Below are positions 19,541 to 27,812 of a stretch of 64,000 nucleotides of DNA, in pieces. Made by a program: the position numbers and the translations under genes. Every line of letters begins with the position of its first letter. Position 1 is the first letter of the stretch. The notes under the pieces were generated by a model, which saw nothing but the letters and a program-made list of their open reading frames with translations, was not told the origin of the DNA and searched no databases. This DNA comes from Clostridiales bacterium (GTDB taxonomy: Bacteria; Bacillota; Clostridia; Lachnospirales; UBA12420), in the NCBI GenBank assembly GCA_003452395.1, contig DMOI01000054.1, forward strand, positions 4,003 to 68,002. The letters are read 5' to 3'.

Positions 19541-20122
19541 TTATAGACTTTCTTTATTTTCGTCAATCTTTTTTTCTTCATCAATGAAGTCTTTTTTATC
19601 ACATTTATCATGTTTATCATGATGTTTTTCAACAAATACAGTTAGGAGTTCTTTTTCAAAAACTATTACTTCTGCTTTAATTACAACTTTCCCTGTAATA
19701 ATAGAATGTCTACCACAATTTTTAAATTTTAAGTCCTTACAGTATGCCTCTTTAATCTCTAAACAAATGTTTTCTTCATGCAATTCCTTAGACCCACAGC
19801 CATCTTCGCAGTGTTTATGTAAAGAAATTTTTTCTTCTACAACTTCTGACTTAACAACTTCTCTCTTTACTCCACAATGGTCTATATATTTTATAATATA
19901 TTTATATACTATAATAACTATAATTTCTCTTCTATGTTCATCTATTCTTACACTCTTTCGAATGCATTTTACATCACAGTCTATTATATATTTTATAGTT
20001 CTATATACTTTATGGCATATTTTATTTTCTATGATGAAGCATTTCTCAAAACAAACAACATCTAGTAAAGCTTTTACTTTTTGTATTGCTTTATCTTTGC
20101 TTATGTTTTCTATTTTTTCCAT
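19541..20122 (-). CDS. Cys/His-rich hypothetical protein, last gene of the gvpA-gvpN unit
   Basis: 193 aa from the ATG at 20122 (RBS AAGGAGGTG). 15 Cys by my count, plus a KHHDKHDKCDKKD tail. No family recognised. Confidence 0.5.
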   Translation of the reverse strand: MEKIENISKDKAIQKVKALLDVVCFEKCFIIENKICHKVYRTIKYIIDCDVKCIRKSVRIDEHRREIIVIIVYKYIIKYIDHCGVKREVVKSEVVEEKISLHKHCEDGCGSKELHEENICLEIKEAYCKDLKFKNCGRHSIITGKVVIKAEVIVFEKELLTVFVEKHHDKHDKCDKKDFIDEEKKIDENKESL

Positions 20123-20143
20123 ATAAATCACCTCCTTTCCCTT

Positions 20144-20190
20144 GTCCGGATATACTTGAACCCTATGTAGTGTCCAGATATATCTGGACT
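20144..20190. repeat. ~46-nt double-hairpin element, copy 1 (second copy at 40339-40384)
   Basis: gtccggatatacttgaaccctatgtagtGTCCAGATATATCTGGACt aligns with ttcagatacatctgaaccatacataatGTCCAGATGTATCTGGACt. Confidence 0.8.
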
Positions 20191-20194
20191 ATTC

Positions 20195-21082
20195 TTATAA
20201 TACGTCAGACATAATTTTATCCAACTCACTTATTATTTTTTCTTTTTCAAGAGCTGTACTATGAGATTTTTCAGATAAAATAACGTCTCTGCAAATTTGT
20301 TTAAATAATTCCTCTTTCAGTTTCGTTTCTAACTTACTTACCTTTATACTTTTTGCTATTATTATTCCACTTCTTATTGTTGGGCTAAAGTTCATGTCTT
20401 TTAACTCTCTAAATTTTCTTATAATATCAACGATAGTCTCTGCAATTTTAGTCACGATTTTAGCTTGAGATTTTAAAATTTGTATTTCTGTTTCTCTATC
20501 TGGAAAATCTAAGCTTAATGTAATCATTCTATCTTTTAAAGCATCTTGTAATTTATGAACACCCGCATATTCCTCCGGATTACTAGTAAATATAACTCTA
20601 AAATCTGGATGTATTCTTATAACCTCTTTTCCATTCTTTCTAGAATTTGTCTCTATAATTTTTTCTTCAAGAATAGATAAAAATACATTATTAGTTTCCG
20701 GTCTAGATCTAGTAAATTCGTCATATATCAAAACATATCCATTTTTACAAGCCTCTAGAATACGTCCATCAATCCACTTCACTTCAACTTCCTCTTGTTG
20801 CTTTGCGACACTTGAAACATAGTTATCAAATACTATCTTTCTTTTTAATCCATAACTATTTCCAAGCAAATCACTTCTTTCAAACTCCTCATTTCCAAAC
20901 ATTATCATAACTGGTCTCTCAAGTTTGTTAGCTATATGTACTGCTAATGCTGTTTTGCCTGTGCCGGCTGGACCCTTGAAATGAATTGGAAACCCTGCTT
21001 GCAAATATATTAAACTTCTAGTTATTACATCATTAATATGAGGAGTTACAACAAACTTCTCATGAATCGACATATCTCCCAT
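20195..21082 (-). CDS. gvpN: Gas vesicle protein GvpN (AAA+ ATPase, CbbQ/NirQ/NorQ/GvpN family)
   Basis: 295 aa. Walker A FKGPAGTGKTALA, Walker B VLIYDEF. Sits next to gvpA. Confidence 0.9.
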   Translation of the reverse strand: MGDMSIHEKFVVTPHINDVITRSLIYLQAGFPIHFKGPAGTGKTALAVHIANKLERPVMIMFGNEEFERSDLLGNSYGLKRKIVFDNYVSSVAKQQEEVEVKWIDGRILEACKNGYVLIYDEFTRSRPETNNVFLSILEEKIIETNSRKNGKEVIRIHPDFRVIFTSNPEEYAGVHKLQDALKDRMITLSLDFPDRETEIQILKSQAKIVTKIAETIVDIIRKFRELKDMNFSPTIRSGIIIAKSIKVSKLETKLKEELFKQICRDVILSEKSHSTALEKEKIISELDKIMSDVL

Positions 21083-21173
21083 GTAAAACTCCCCTCCTTA
21101 CTGAATTTTTAATGTTTATTATTTATAATAGAGAGTGGAGAACTGATAAGTTTCATCCACTCTCTATTTATGT

Positions 21174-21410
21174 TTATTCTCCTATTGCTTCATGATGACC
21201 ATGATGATCCCCTCCTAGAAGACCTACTGCATCAGCATATATTAACCATGTTTCTACACTTGCTATAACAACCCTTGCTTCAATTGTTAAAAGCTCAATA
21301 CCTACTAACGAAACAATAGCCCATACATCTATTACAATACCTTTATCTAGAATTCTATCAATAACTTCTACAAGACTTGAAGCATGAACTGATTTTTTAA
21401 TAGTTTTCAT
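21174..21410 (-). CDS. gvpA: Gas vesicle structural protein GvpA (with His-rich C-terminal tail)
   Basis: 78 aa. Canonical core [54 protein letters not shown]. Tail [26 protein letters not shown]. Confidence 0.93.
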   Translation of the reverse strand: MKTIKKSVHASSLVEVIDRILDKGIVIDVWAIVSLVGIELLTIEARVVIASVETWLIYADAVGLLGGDHHGHHEAIGE

Positions 21411-21507
21411 TTTTTCACCCCCTCCTTTAGTTTTTTTAAGGTTATTAGGGTACCTTCCTTTATTAATTATATGTTCTCATTAACTCGATAACATAAAAAA
21501 TTTATAA

Positions 21508-21599
21508 GGGGGTCATGGACTATTAAATCTAAAACAAGCTTTTATATATACTTTAATTAAAGCTTGAACTGGTTTTAATAGTATGCATATTTGACCCCC
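21508..21599. repeat. 92-nt extended imperfect hairpin between gvpF/L and gvpA
   Basis: Three nested inverted pairs: GGGGGTCA/TGACCCCC, ACTATTAAA/TTTAATAGT and CAAGCTTT/AAAGCTTG. On the minus strand it is followed by a T-rich stretch. Confidence 0.85.
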
Positions 21600-21686
21600 T
21601 CTTATTTTTTTTAAGCTATAAAGCACCCTACTTTATTATATTCGCATTTAAGTTTTTAGTGTCTGTCTACAAGATATTTTTTAATA

Positions 21687-22484
21687 TTATTTTAAGTTTT
21701 CTACAAAATTATAAGGAGGCCATGGACCACTTAGTTTCAAAATCAAACCGTGTCCCCTCACCTTTGAACTTAACTCATTCATTTTTTCTAAAAATAAATC
21801 TTTCTCTGCATAATCTATTAGAAGTGATAAATTCATCACCATATCTTCTTCTCTCTCTGTAAGCTCTTTAGCAAGAATTTTATTAGATTTAACTTCTAAA
21901 ACTAAATCTTTTAAAGTATCTGTTACTTTCCCTATTATAAAATTAACCTTATTAATTGCCTTTTTATTTAAGTTGATTTCTAGTTTCTTTTTTAGAAAAT
22001 ATGCCGCACCTTCTGACATATTAGTCATATTTTCCTTATCTTTTTCTTTTTCTTCATTCATATAATTATTCAGAAACCCTTTTTTATCCCAATACATTTT
22101 ACATGACCATTCTTCTTTACCTTGAAGGCTACTTAAGTTTTCTATTAGCTTATCTTTGAGTTCCATGACAAATTCTTTAATCTTGCTGTCATCATAAAAA
22201 ATTGTACAAAATTTCAAAGGTATAATTTGAGTATACTCCATAACGTTTTTTATTACATCCATATGAATCCTAGCCTTATTTTTTAACCAACTTACATTCT
22301 CTAAATTTTCATCAATATAAGGAGAGCCAAATTCATCTAGCTCTACTTTACTCTCTACAGCATATATACCGTCGTAATCCTCTATATATACGTTATTTCT
22401 TTCATCTATACCTTCATATTCAGGAATATCAAAAAATTCCCCGGCAAATCCATATATGTATACTGCTTGCCCTTTCATTACCAT
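21687..22484 (-). CDS. Gas vesicle protein GvpF/GvpL family (paralog 3)
   Basis: 265 aa. N-terminus AVYIYGF..., C-terminus LKLSGPWPPYNF, typical of GvpL/F. Confidence 0.85.
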   Translation of the reverse strand: MVMKGQAVYIYGFAGEFFDIPEYEGIDERNNVYIEDYDGIYAVESKVELDEFGSPYIDENLENVSWLKNKARIHMDVIKNVMEYTQIIPLKFCTIFYDDSKIKEFVMELKDKLIENLSSLQGKEEWSCKMYWDKKGFLNNYMNEEKEKDKENMTNMSEGAAYFLKKKLEINLNKKAINKVNFIIGKVTDTLKDLVLEVKSNKILAKELTEREEDMVMNLSLLIDYAEKDLFLEKMNELSSKVRGHGLILKLSGPWPPYNFVENLK

Positions 22485-22810
22485 TCCTCCTCAGCCAGTC
22501 TCTCCATTTTCTTTGGTATTTTCTTTTTTTTAGGTGCTTCTAGTTGTTTAGTAGTTTCTTTATTGTCTTCTAGTTGTTTATCATATGCTCTAGATGATAA
22601 TGTCGGATCACTTTTCCACCAGTCTATTCCCATTTCCATTGCTTTATCTACCGAAGCTACAACAAGTCGTATTTTAATAGTTATTAGCTCTACATCTGCA
22701 ATAGCGATACTTATATCTCCAGCTATAACAACACCCTTGTCTAATACTCTTTCTAGGATGTCCCCAAGTGTAGCTCCTCCACCTGAATGTGTAATTCTAT
22801 TTTGACTCAT
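22478..22810 (-). CDS. gvpJ: Gas vesicle protein GvpJ-like (GvpA/J/M/S family)
   Basis: LGDILERVLDKGVVIAGDISIAIADVELITIKIRLVVASVDKAMEMGIDWW. Start set at the ATG at 22810 after GGAGG. Confidence 0.8.
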   Translation of the reverse strand: MSQNRITHSGGGATLGDILERVLDKGVVIAGDISIAIADVELITIKIRLVVASVDKAMEMGIDWWKSDPTLSSRAYDKQLEDNKETTKQLEAPKKKKIPKKMERLAEEEW

Positions 22811-22828
22811 TAAATCAATCACCTCCAT

Positions 22829-23140
22829 TTACATTAAATCACCCAAAGGTCCTAAATTAATATTTAAATCTTCCTCGGTTAAATCGAAGATTTCCATCAT
22901 CTCTTTAATTTTTTCATCAAGTTTCATAAAGGTTAGTCCAAGCTCCTCAATTTCTTGATTTGACACAGAATTGTTTTCAATTCTGGTCATAGCTTGCTTT
23001 TCCATTAGTCTCCTGAGGAGTTGTATCAAAGTCAAAACTAATTGCGCTAACCCCTTATCCACATTGTCTTTGTTGGCTTCTAATCTATTCTTGGTTTTTT
23101 GAAGCCTTTCAACCTCTTTCTTAATATCTAAATCCTCCAA
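22829..23140 (-). CDS. gvpK: Gas vesicle protein GvpK
   Basis: 103 aa. GLAQLVLTLIQLLRRLMEKQAMTRIE matches the GvpK helix signature. Confidence 0.85.
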   Translation of the reverse strand: MEDLDIKKEVERLQKTKNRLEANKDNVDKGLAQLVLTLIQLLRRLMEKQAMTRIENNSVSNQEIEELGLTFMKLDEKIKEMMEIFDLTEEDLNINLGPLGDLM

Positions 23141-23142
23141 AT

Positions 23143-23856
23143 TTAATCATCATCCTTTCCATCTAAGCTAACAAAACTGTAAGGTGTCCATGGCCCAGAT
23201 ACTATTATTTCAAAATTATCGTCATCCTCTAAATTATTAATGCATTCTCTAAACAGGTCTATATTTTCCTTTTCTATTAAATATGCACCGTTTAATACGA
23301 TTTTGCTATCCTGATTATACTTTTTCTTTTCTTTATTAACTAGGTGAGATATGCTATTTTCTATGGGATATATCTTTTGTTTTATTTCTTCCAGTTTACT
23401 TTTTTTGCTTGTAAATTCCTTGAATTTTTTAATCATATAATTATATCCATTACTTTCTTTTATATCATTTTTTTCAGATTCATTAACCATATTTTCACTA
23501 GTAATAATTTTTACGCCCATCTCAATTTTTCCTGATATGTTTTCAAAATTCTTTAATATTTTATCATTATATTTATTACAAAACTTTTCTAGGCTTGCTT
23601 CTGATAATAAAATGGTTGAAAATGAAAATGGAAGCACATCAAATTTTCTCATTAGCATTTCTTGCACTCGCTCGTGCTGCATCAGGTAACTATACTCTGC
23701 TTCTACCTTTCTGCAAGAAGTCAAACTATAAATAAGCGAATAATTTTCATGTTTATAAATCAAAATAGAAGCACCCTGAACTCCTCGCTCATAAAAGTCA
23801 TTTATATCTATTGAATTAATTAACCCGTATAGATAGTAATATTCTATCAACCTCAA
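23143..23856 (-). CDS. Gas vesicle protein GvpL/GvpF family (paralog 2)
   Basis: 237 aa. YYLYGLI N-terminus and VSGPWTPYSF C-terminus. Confidence 0.8.
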   Translation of the reverse strand: MRLIEYYYLYGLINSIDINDFYERGVQGASILIYKHENYSLIYSLTSCRKVEAEYSYLMQHERVQEMLMRKFDVLPFSFSTILLSEASLEKFCNKYNDKILKNFENISGKIEMGVKIITSENMVNESEKNDIKESNGYNYMIKKFKEFTSKKSKLEEIKQKIYPIENSISHLVNKEKKKYNQDSKIVLNGAYLIEKENIDLFRECINNLEDDDNFEIIVSGPWTPYSFVSLDGKDDD

Positions 23857-24047
23857 TCACCCTGACTTTCCGTATATTTCTTCATAGTTTCAACTGATGT
23901 AACTATGAGTCCGAGGCCAACATAAATCAAATCAACATTCGCCACAGAAATAGTTAAATCACCCCTAATTACAATTCCCTTATTTAGAAGTCTGTCTAAT
24001 AGTTCTAAAAGCGTCATATCTTGTTGTTCTAAGACTTCATTACTCAT
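23853..24047 (-). CDS. Small gas vesicle protein of the GvpA/J/M/S family (GvpS-like)
   Basis: LLELLDRLLNKGIVIRGDLTISVANVDLIYVGLGLIVTSVETMKKY. Start set at the ATG at 24047 after AGGAGG. Confidence 0.8.
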   Translation of the reverse strand: MSNEVLEQQDMTLLELLDRLLNKGIVIRGDLTISVANVDLIYVGLGLIVTSVETMKKYTESQGD

Positions 24048-24048
24048 A

Positions 24049-24267
24049 TTAATCCTCCTGTTCATCACTTTCCTTCTGCCTAGATTCCAGTAATCGTTCT
24101 ATTAAATCATCTTGAGTTTTTTCATACTCTTTTTTTAAAATTTTACCCTCTTCGTATAAAATATTTAGCTCCATTAGCTTTTTCTGTATAGCTGGTGTAG
24201 AATAGTATTCCTTCTCAGCATAATCTATAATGGTTTCAAATATTTTAATTACACCTTTTATAACCAT
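24049..24267 (-). CDS. gvpG: Gas vesicle protein GvpG
   Basis: 72 aa. ...EYYSTPAIQKKLMELNILYEEGKILKKEYEKTQDDLIERL fits the GvpG pattern (E.Y...I...L..L..YE.GEI...EY). Confidence 0.75.
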   Translation of the reverse strand: MVIKGVIKIFETIIDYAEKEYYSTPAIQKKLMELNILYEEGKILKKEYEKTQDDLIERLLESRQKESDEQED

Positions 24268-24284
24268 AACATCTCACCACTAAT

Positions 24285-24995
24285 CTATTTAAACTTTTCG
24301 TTTATAAAACTATAGGGCGGTAATGGCCCTATATATTTAAAATTGAAACTACCTATATATTTCTGATAAAGTTCATTTATAGCCTCATCAAACTTTAACT
24401 CATTTGATTTATCAACTAAAAAAGATGCCTTTAATGCCATTCTAGGGCTTATATCCTCACTAATAGTAAAATCATCAGTATACTCTTTCAGCTTACTCAT
24501 TACTTCATCTTTATATTTTTTTCTTAAATCGTTAACCCTTTCTTCAACCATTTTCCCAAGTTCTATTTTATCTTGCTCTGTCACTCTTTTCTTGCCAGCT
24601 AATTGCTTTTTAAATGCAATAATTTTTTTATTTTCTACATCTTTAGAAAAACTTTCCTCGTTCCATATAAGTTTCAAGCCAACTTCAATTTTATTTTGTA
24701 CTTTTCCAAATAATTTTAGTATAGGAAAATAATTTTTCATTAGAAATTCCTCTGCTTGCTCTCTTGACTCTACTACCATGCCATAACTAATAGGTATAAC
24801 TTCTCGTTCCTCAAATACCTCTCTTATTATCTTATCATGTTTCAATATCCCTTCTTTTGTTGCATTAATATTTGATTTCATGTTTTCGCAAAGCAAGACT
24901 ATATCTTTATAACTAATAAAACTTTTATTTTTGATTTTCAATTTTCCATTCGGATCGTTTTGATGAAAGATACAGTAACAGTAAAGTTTCGCCAT
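24285..24995 (-). CDS. Gas vesicle protein GvpF/GvpL family (paralog 1)
   Basis: 236 aa. KLYCYCIF N-terminus and YIGPLPPYSF C-terminus. Confidence 0.8.
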   Translation of the reverse strand: MAKLYCYCIFHQNDPNGKLKIKNKSFISYKDIVLLCENMKSNINATKEGILKHDKIIREVFEEREVIPISYGMVVESREQAEEFLMKNYFPILKLFGKVQNKIEVGLKLIWNEESFSKDVENKKIIAFKKQLAGKKRVTEQDKIELGKMVEERVNDLRKKYKDEVMSKLKEYTDDFTISEDISPRMALKASFLVDKSNELKFDEAINELYQKYIGSFNFKYIGPLPPYSFINEKFK

Positions 24996-25011
24996 TATTT
25001 CATCCTCCTAA

Positions 25012-25281
25012 CTATTCTTCGTATAGTTCTTCAATTGAGCCTTTTTCTCTCATTCTTAACCTCTTAAATGATTTTATCACATAAGACTTATCAAGTTCTA
25101 TTTCATAAGTCTCTACTAAAGGTCTTTTAGCTTTTTCTCTCATATATTCATCGTATACCATTACTTCTATTTCTATAATCCAGTTGCTATCTACAGATTT
25201 CATCCCTATAATTGCAGCATCCTGTTTAAAAAACTCCTGCGAAAATTTACTTATTGACTTTCCAATATCTGATACAGACAT
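25012..25281 (-). CDS. gvpO: Gas vesicle protein GvpO/GvpR-like, first gene of the cluster
   Basis: 89 aa. ...SNWIIEIEVMVYDEYMREKAKRPLVETYEIELDKSYVIKSFKRLRMREKG fits the GvpO/R pattern as I recall it. RBS AAGGAGGGTG. Confidence 0.7.
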   Translation of the reverse strand: MSVSDIGKSISKFSQEFFKQDAAIIGMKSVDSNWIIEIEVMVYDEYMREKAKRPLVETYEIELDKSYVIKSFKRLRMREKGSIEELYEE

Positions 25282-25350
25282 GCACTCACCCTCCTTATTT
25301 TTTTAGTATTATATAAAATTATATGTATAGTATTGATTATTATGCTAAGA

Positions 25351-25392
25351 ACAAATAGGGTCACAGGCTTTTGACAAGTTGACCCCATTTGT
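25351..25392. repeat. 42-nt hairpin palindrome in the gvp upstream region
   Basis: ACAAAT-A-GGGTCA [caggcttttgacaagt] TGACCC-C-ATTTGT. 12 bp plus one mismatch. The loop carries GGCTTTTGACAAG. Confidence 0.85.
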
Positions 25393-25542
25393 TTTTATTT
25401 TTTCATATACCTGTTCCTTAATATTTAACCCCAATGTCTTTTAATTCTTTTTTATCATGAATATTTATTAAATCAAATATTATATTTCCCTCATACTATA
25501 TTATTATATAAAAATTTTTTAGAACAGTGACAATCTTACAGC

Positions 25543-25585
25543 AAAAAAGCTTGAATTATTGTATAAACTAATTCAAGCTTTTTTG
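25543..25585. terminator. Bidirectional intrinsic terminator
   Basis: A6-AAGCTTGAATTA[ttgtataaac]TAATTCAAGCTT-T6, downstream of the GNAT gene. Confidence 0.8.
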
Positions 25586-25607
25586 TAAATGTATAACAAA
25601 ACTGTAC

Positions 25608-26051
25608 TTATATATACACTAATTCAAGATTAACACTTTCTTTTTCTAAAATCATTTTCTTGTCAATATTAATTTTAAAATTGGGATTAATTTTATAATA
25701 TATATTCTCTTCACCTTTTTCAAAATTATTATTTTTAGCAACTTTTTCACTAGCTATATTTCCATTGTCTATTTTTAGTTCAATTGTTTTAATACTCAAA
25801 TCACTAAATATCTTTTCACATAATATTCGTAATCCTAGCGTTGCAAGTCCTTTCCCTCTGTATTTTTTATCAGTGATATACTCAATAATACATTTATTAT
25901 CATCCTTCTTTATAGTCGCCCAAAATTTTGAGATAATTCTATCTTCAAACTCAAACACGTAATTCTTATAAACTTTATCTCTCAATTCTTTGTAATACAT
26001 TTCTTTCAATTTCAGTGTATCCTTTTCTATTTTTATGTCTGTTACAGACAT
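25608..26051 (-). CDS. GNAT-family acetyltransferase
   Basis: Start set at MSVTDIKIEK (ATG 26051, RBS GAGGTGAG). Core YRGKGLATLGLRILCEKIF. Confidence 0.7.
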   Translation of the reverse strand: MSVTDIKIEKDTLKLKEMYYKELRDKVYKNYVFEFEDRIISKFWATIKKDDNKCIIEYITDKKYRGKGLATLGLRILCEKIFSDLSIKTIELKIDNGNIASEKVAKNNNFEKGEENIYYKINPNFKINIDKKMILEKESVNLELVYI

Positions 26052-26100
26052 GCTCTCACCTCGTATTTTATCTAGTACAAATATTTTAATAAGAGGCATT

Positions 26101-26475
26101 TTATGCTCTGTTATTATTTTCAAATTTCCCTTGATACGTTACTTCCCCTGTAATCATACTATATTCTCTGCCGTAACCATGTCTATTATCATCTGAAAAT
26201 TCACCTTCATATATTACTTTACCATCATGTGAAAATAATTTTCCTACACCATGTCTTTTATTGTCACAAAACTCCCCTTGATATGCAATCTTGCCATCAG
26301 TATAAAATATTTTCCCAACTCCATGAAATTTATTTTCTCTATACTCGCCTTCGTATGAGGTGTTGCCATTTTCATAAAACGATTTACCTTTTCCGTGGTA
26401 TCCATTATTTTCATTAACTTCACCTGAATATCTTACTTTTCCATCTTCATAATATAATTCTTTTAAATCTGACAT
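26101..26475 (-). CDS. MORN-repeat protein
   Basis: 124 aa made of repeated Y.GE...NK.HG.GK units (YEGEYRENKFHGVGKIFYTDGKIAYQGEFCDNKRHGVGKLF). Confidence 0.8.
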   Translation of the reverse strand: MSDLKELYYEDGKVRYSGEVNENNGYHGKGKSFYENGNTSYEGEYRENKFHGVGKIFYTDGKIAYQGEFCDNKRHGVGKLFSHDGKVIYEGEFSDDNRHGYGREYSMITGEVTYQGKFENNNRA

Positions 26476-26633
26476 CTATTATACCCCCATTCCATCAATT
26501 AACAATGTACTATACATAAAGTTTTTAATCTAATCTTATTCCCGATTGCTAATTATACATTATTATATTTAAATTGTAAAGAAGTATTTTTGACTTTACC
26601 TAGCCAAACCCATTATCCTAAGCATAAGTTGCC

Positions 26634-27728
26634 TTATTTTATAACCTTTGCTATCGTATCTGATAATGGCTCCATTGCATTTTTCACTTCTTCTACGGTG
26701 TTATTCTGCGCCCCTACTTCAACAAGTAGCGATTTAGGTTTCATAAACAAGCTATATCTATATGGTTTAATTAATATTTTTCTCATTAAACCTGGATACA
26801 TCTCATTTGCTTCAAGTTGCATTTGTAAACTAAAAGACATATTATCAGAAATAAAATTATTAGGTAGGTTACTAATTTTCTCCATTTTCCCATTTGTAAT
26901 TTTCTCACATATACCATTTACAAACATTAGTTTTGCTGTTTTCTTTTTATTTACTTCTGTTATAAGTTTCAGATTATCAGGGATGCCATCTCTATGTATA
27001 TCAATGACTACTTCTATTTGTGGATTATCTTTCAGCAGTTTCTTTATGTTTTCACTAGCTCTTGTGTAGCTACCATCTCTTTTTAGCTTTCCATTTACTA
27101 CATCGTATTTACCTTTGTCATGAATTGCTCTTATCTTATACTTTTTATATAAAATATCTGCTAGTTTATTACCTAACCCTATGACACTATCTTCTTCATT
27201 TCCTTTTCTACTATCTACAAATGTTTCTTGTGAATGAGTATGAAATATTAGTATTTTAGGTTTTTTATCATTAATATTCACTTTTAAATCTTTATTTGCT
27301 AATTCACTCAGCTTCATATCTTGTGCATTAATAGAGACACTGCTTTCAAGTACATATAGACTCCTGACTGTCTTTTCTAAATCTTTTATATCAGAATCAA
27401 TTGGTAATTTCGATATTATTTGTTCGGCATTATCAGTCTTATTTTCTTCTAACTGATCTTGTTTTATTTGATATTCCTCATCCTCCTTTACATTGCTAAT
27501 AATGTTCTCAGGTAGATTCGTATCAGTATTTTTTGTAGAATAATGTTTCATCACATATACAGTTTTTACAACAACTTTTCCTACTCCTTCTATATAACTT
27601 CCTACATTTCTTATGTCTGGTACATAATTTAGATTGTATATCATTTTTAGAAAGGTTAGCCCAATTGCAATAGAAAAAAATATCACACAAAAAATGGTGA
27701 ACTTATATATATGAAAACTTATGTTCAT
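26634..27728 (-). CDS. spoIIP: Stage II sporulation protein P
   Basis: 364 aa. N-terminal TM helix, central ILIFHTHSQETF, C-terminal DIHRDG...LFVNG...NL.F, typical of the SpoIIP amidase. Adjacent to gpr. Confidence 0.85.
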   Translation of the reverse strand: MNISFHIYKFTIFCVIFFSIAIGLTFLKMIYNLNYVPDIRNVGSYIEGVGKVVVKTVYVMKHYSTKNTDTNLPENIISNVKEDEEYQIKQDQLEENKTDNAEQIISKLPIDSDIKDLEKTVRSLYVLESSVSINAQDMKLSELANKDLKVNINDKKPKILIFHTHSQETFVDSRKGNEEDSVIGLGNKLADILYKKYKIRAIHDKGKYDVVNGKLKRDGSYTRASENIKKLLKDNPQIEVVIDIHRDGIPDNLKLITEVNKKKTAKLMFVNGICEKITNGKMEKISNLPNNFISDNMSFSLQMQLEANEMYPGLMRKILIKPYRYSLFMKPKSLLVEVGAQNNTVEEVKNAMEPLSDTIAKVIK

Positions 27729-27812
27729 ATTATTATACTTTATCAGATTTATCCCTCCTGTCTTCTTTTGTGAACGTCTTTATATCATTATATTGTAGAC
27801 AGGCTGGAAATA

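Noticed and set aside
19447-19635. A 62-aa ORF overlapping the end of the Cys-rich gene and the terminator.
   Set aside because: It overlaps a better-supported ORF in another frame and spans a terminator hairpin. It is Lys/Arg-rich low-complexity sequence.
25282-25350. Calling a sporulation-sigma (SigE/SigK-like) promoter from ATACATAT / CATATAAT strings upstream of gvpO.
   Set aside because: The matches are partial and such strings are frequent in AT-rich DNA. This is left as a hypothesis to test, not a feature.
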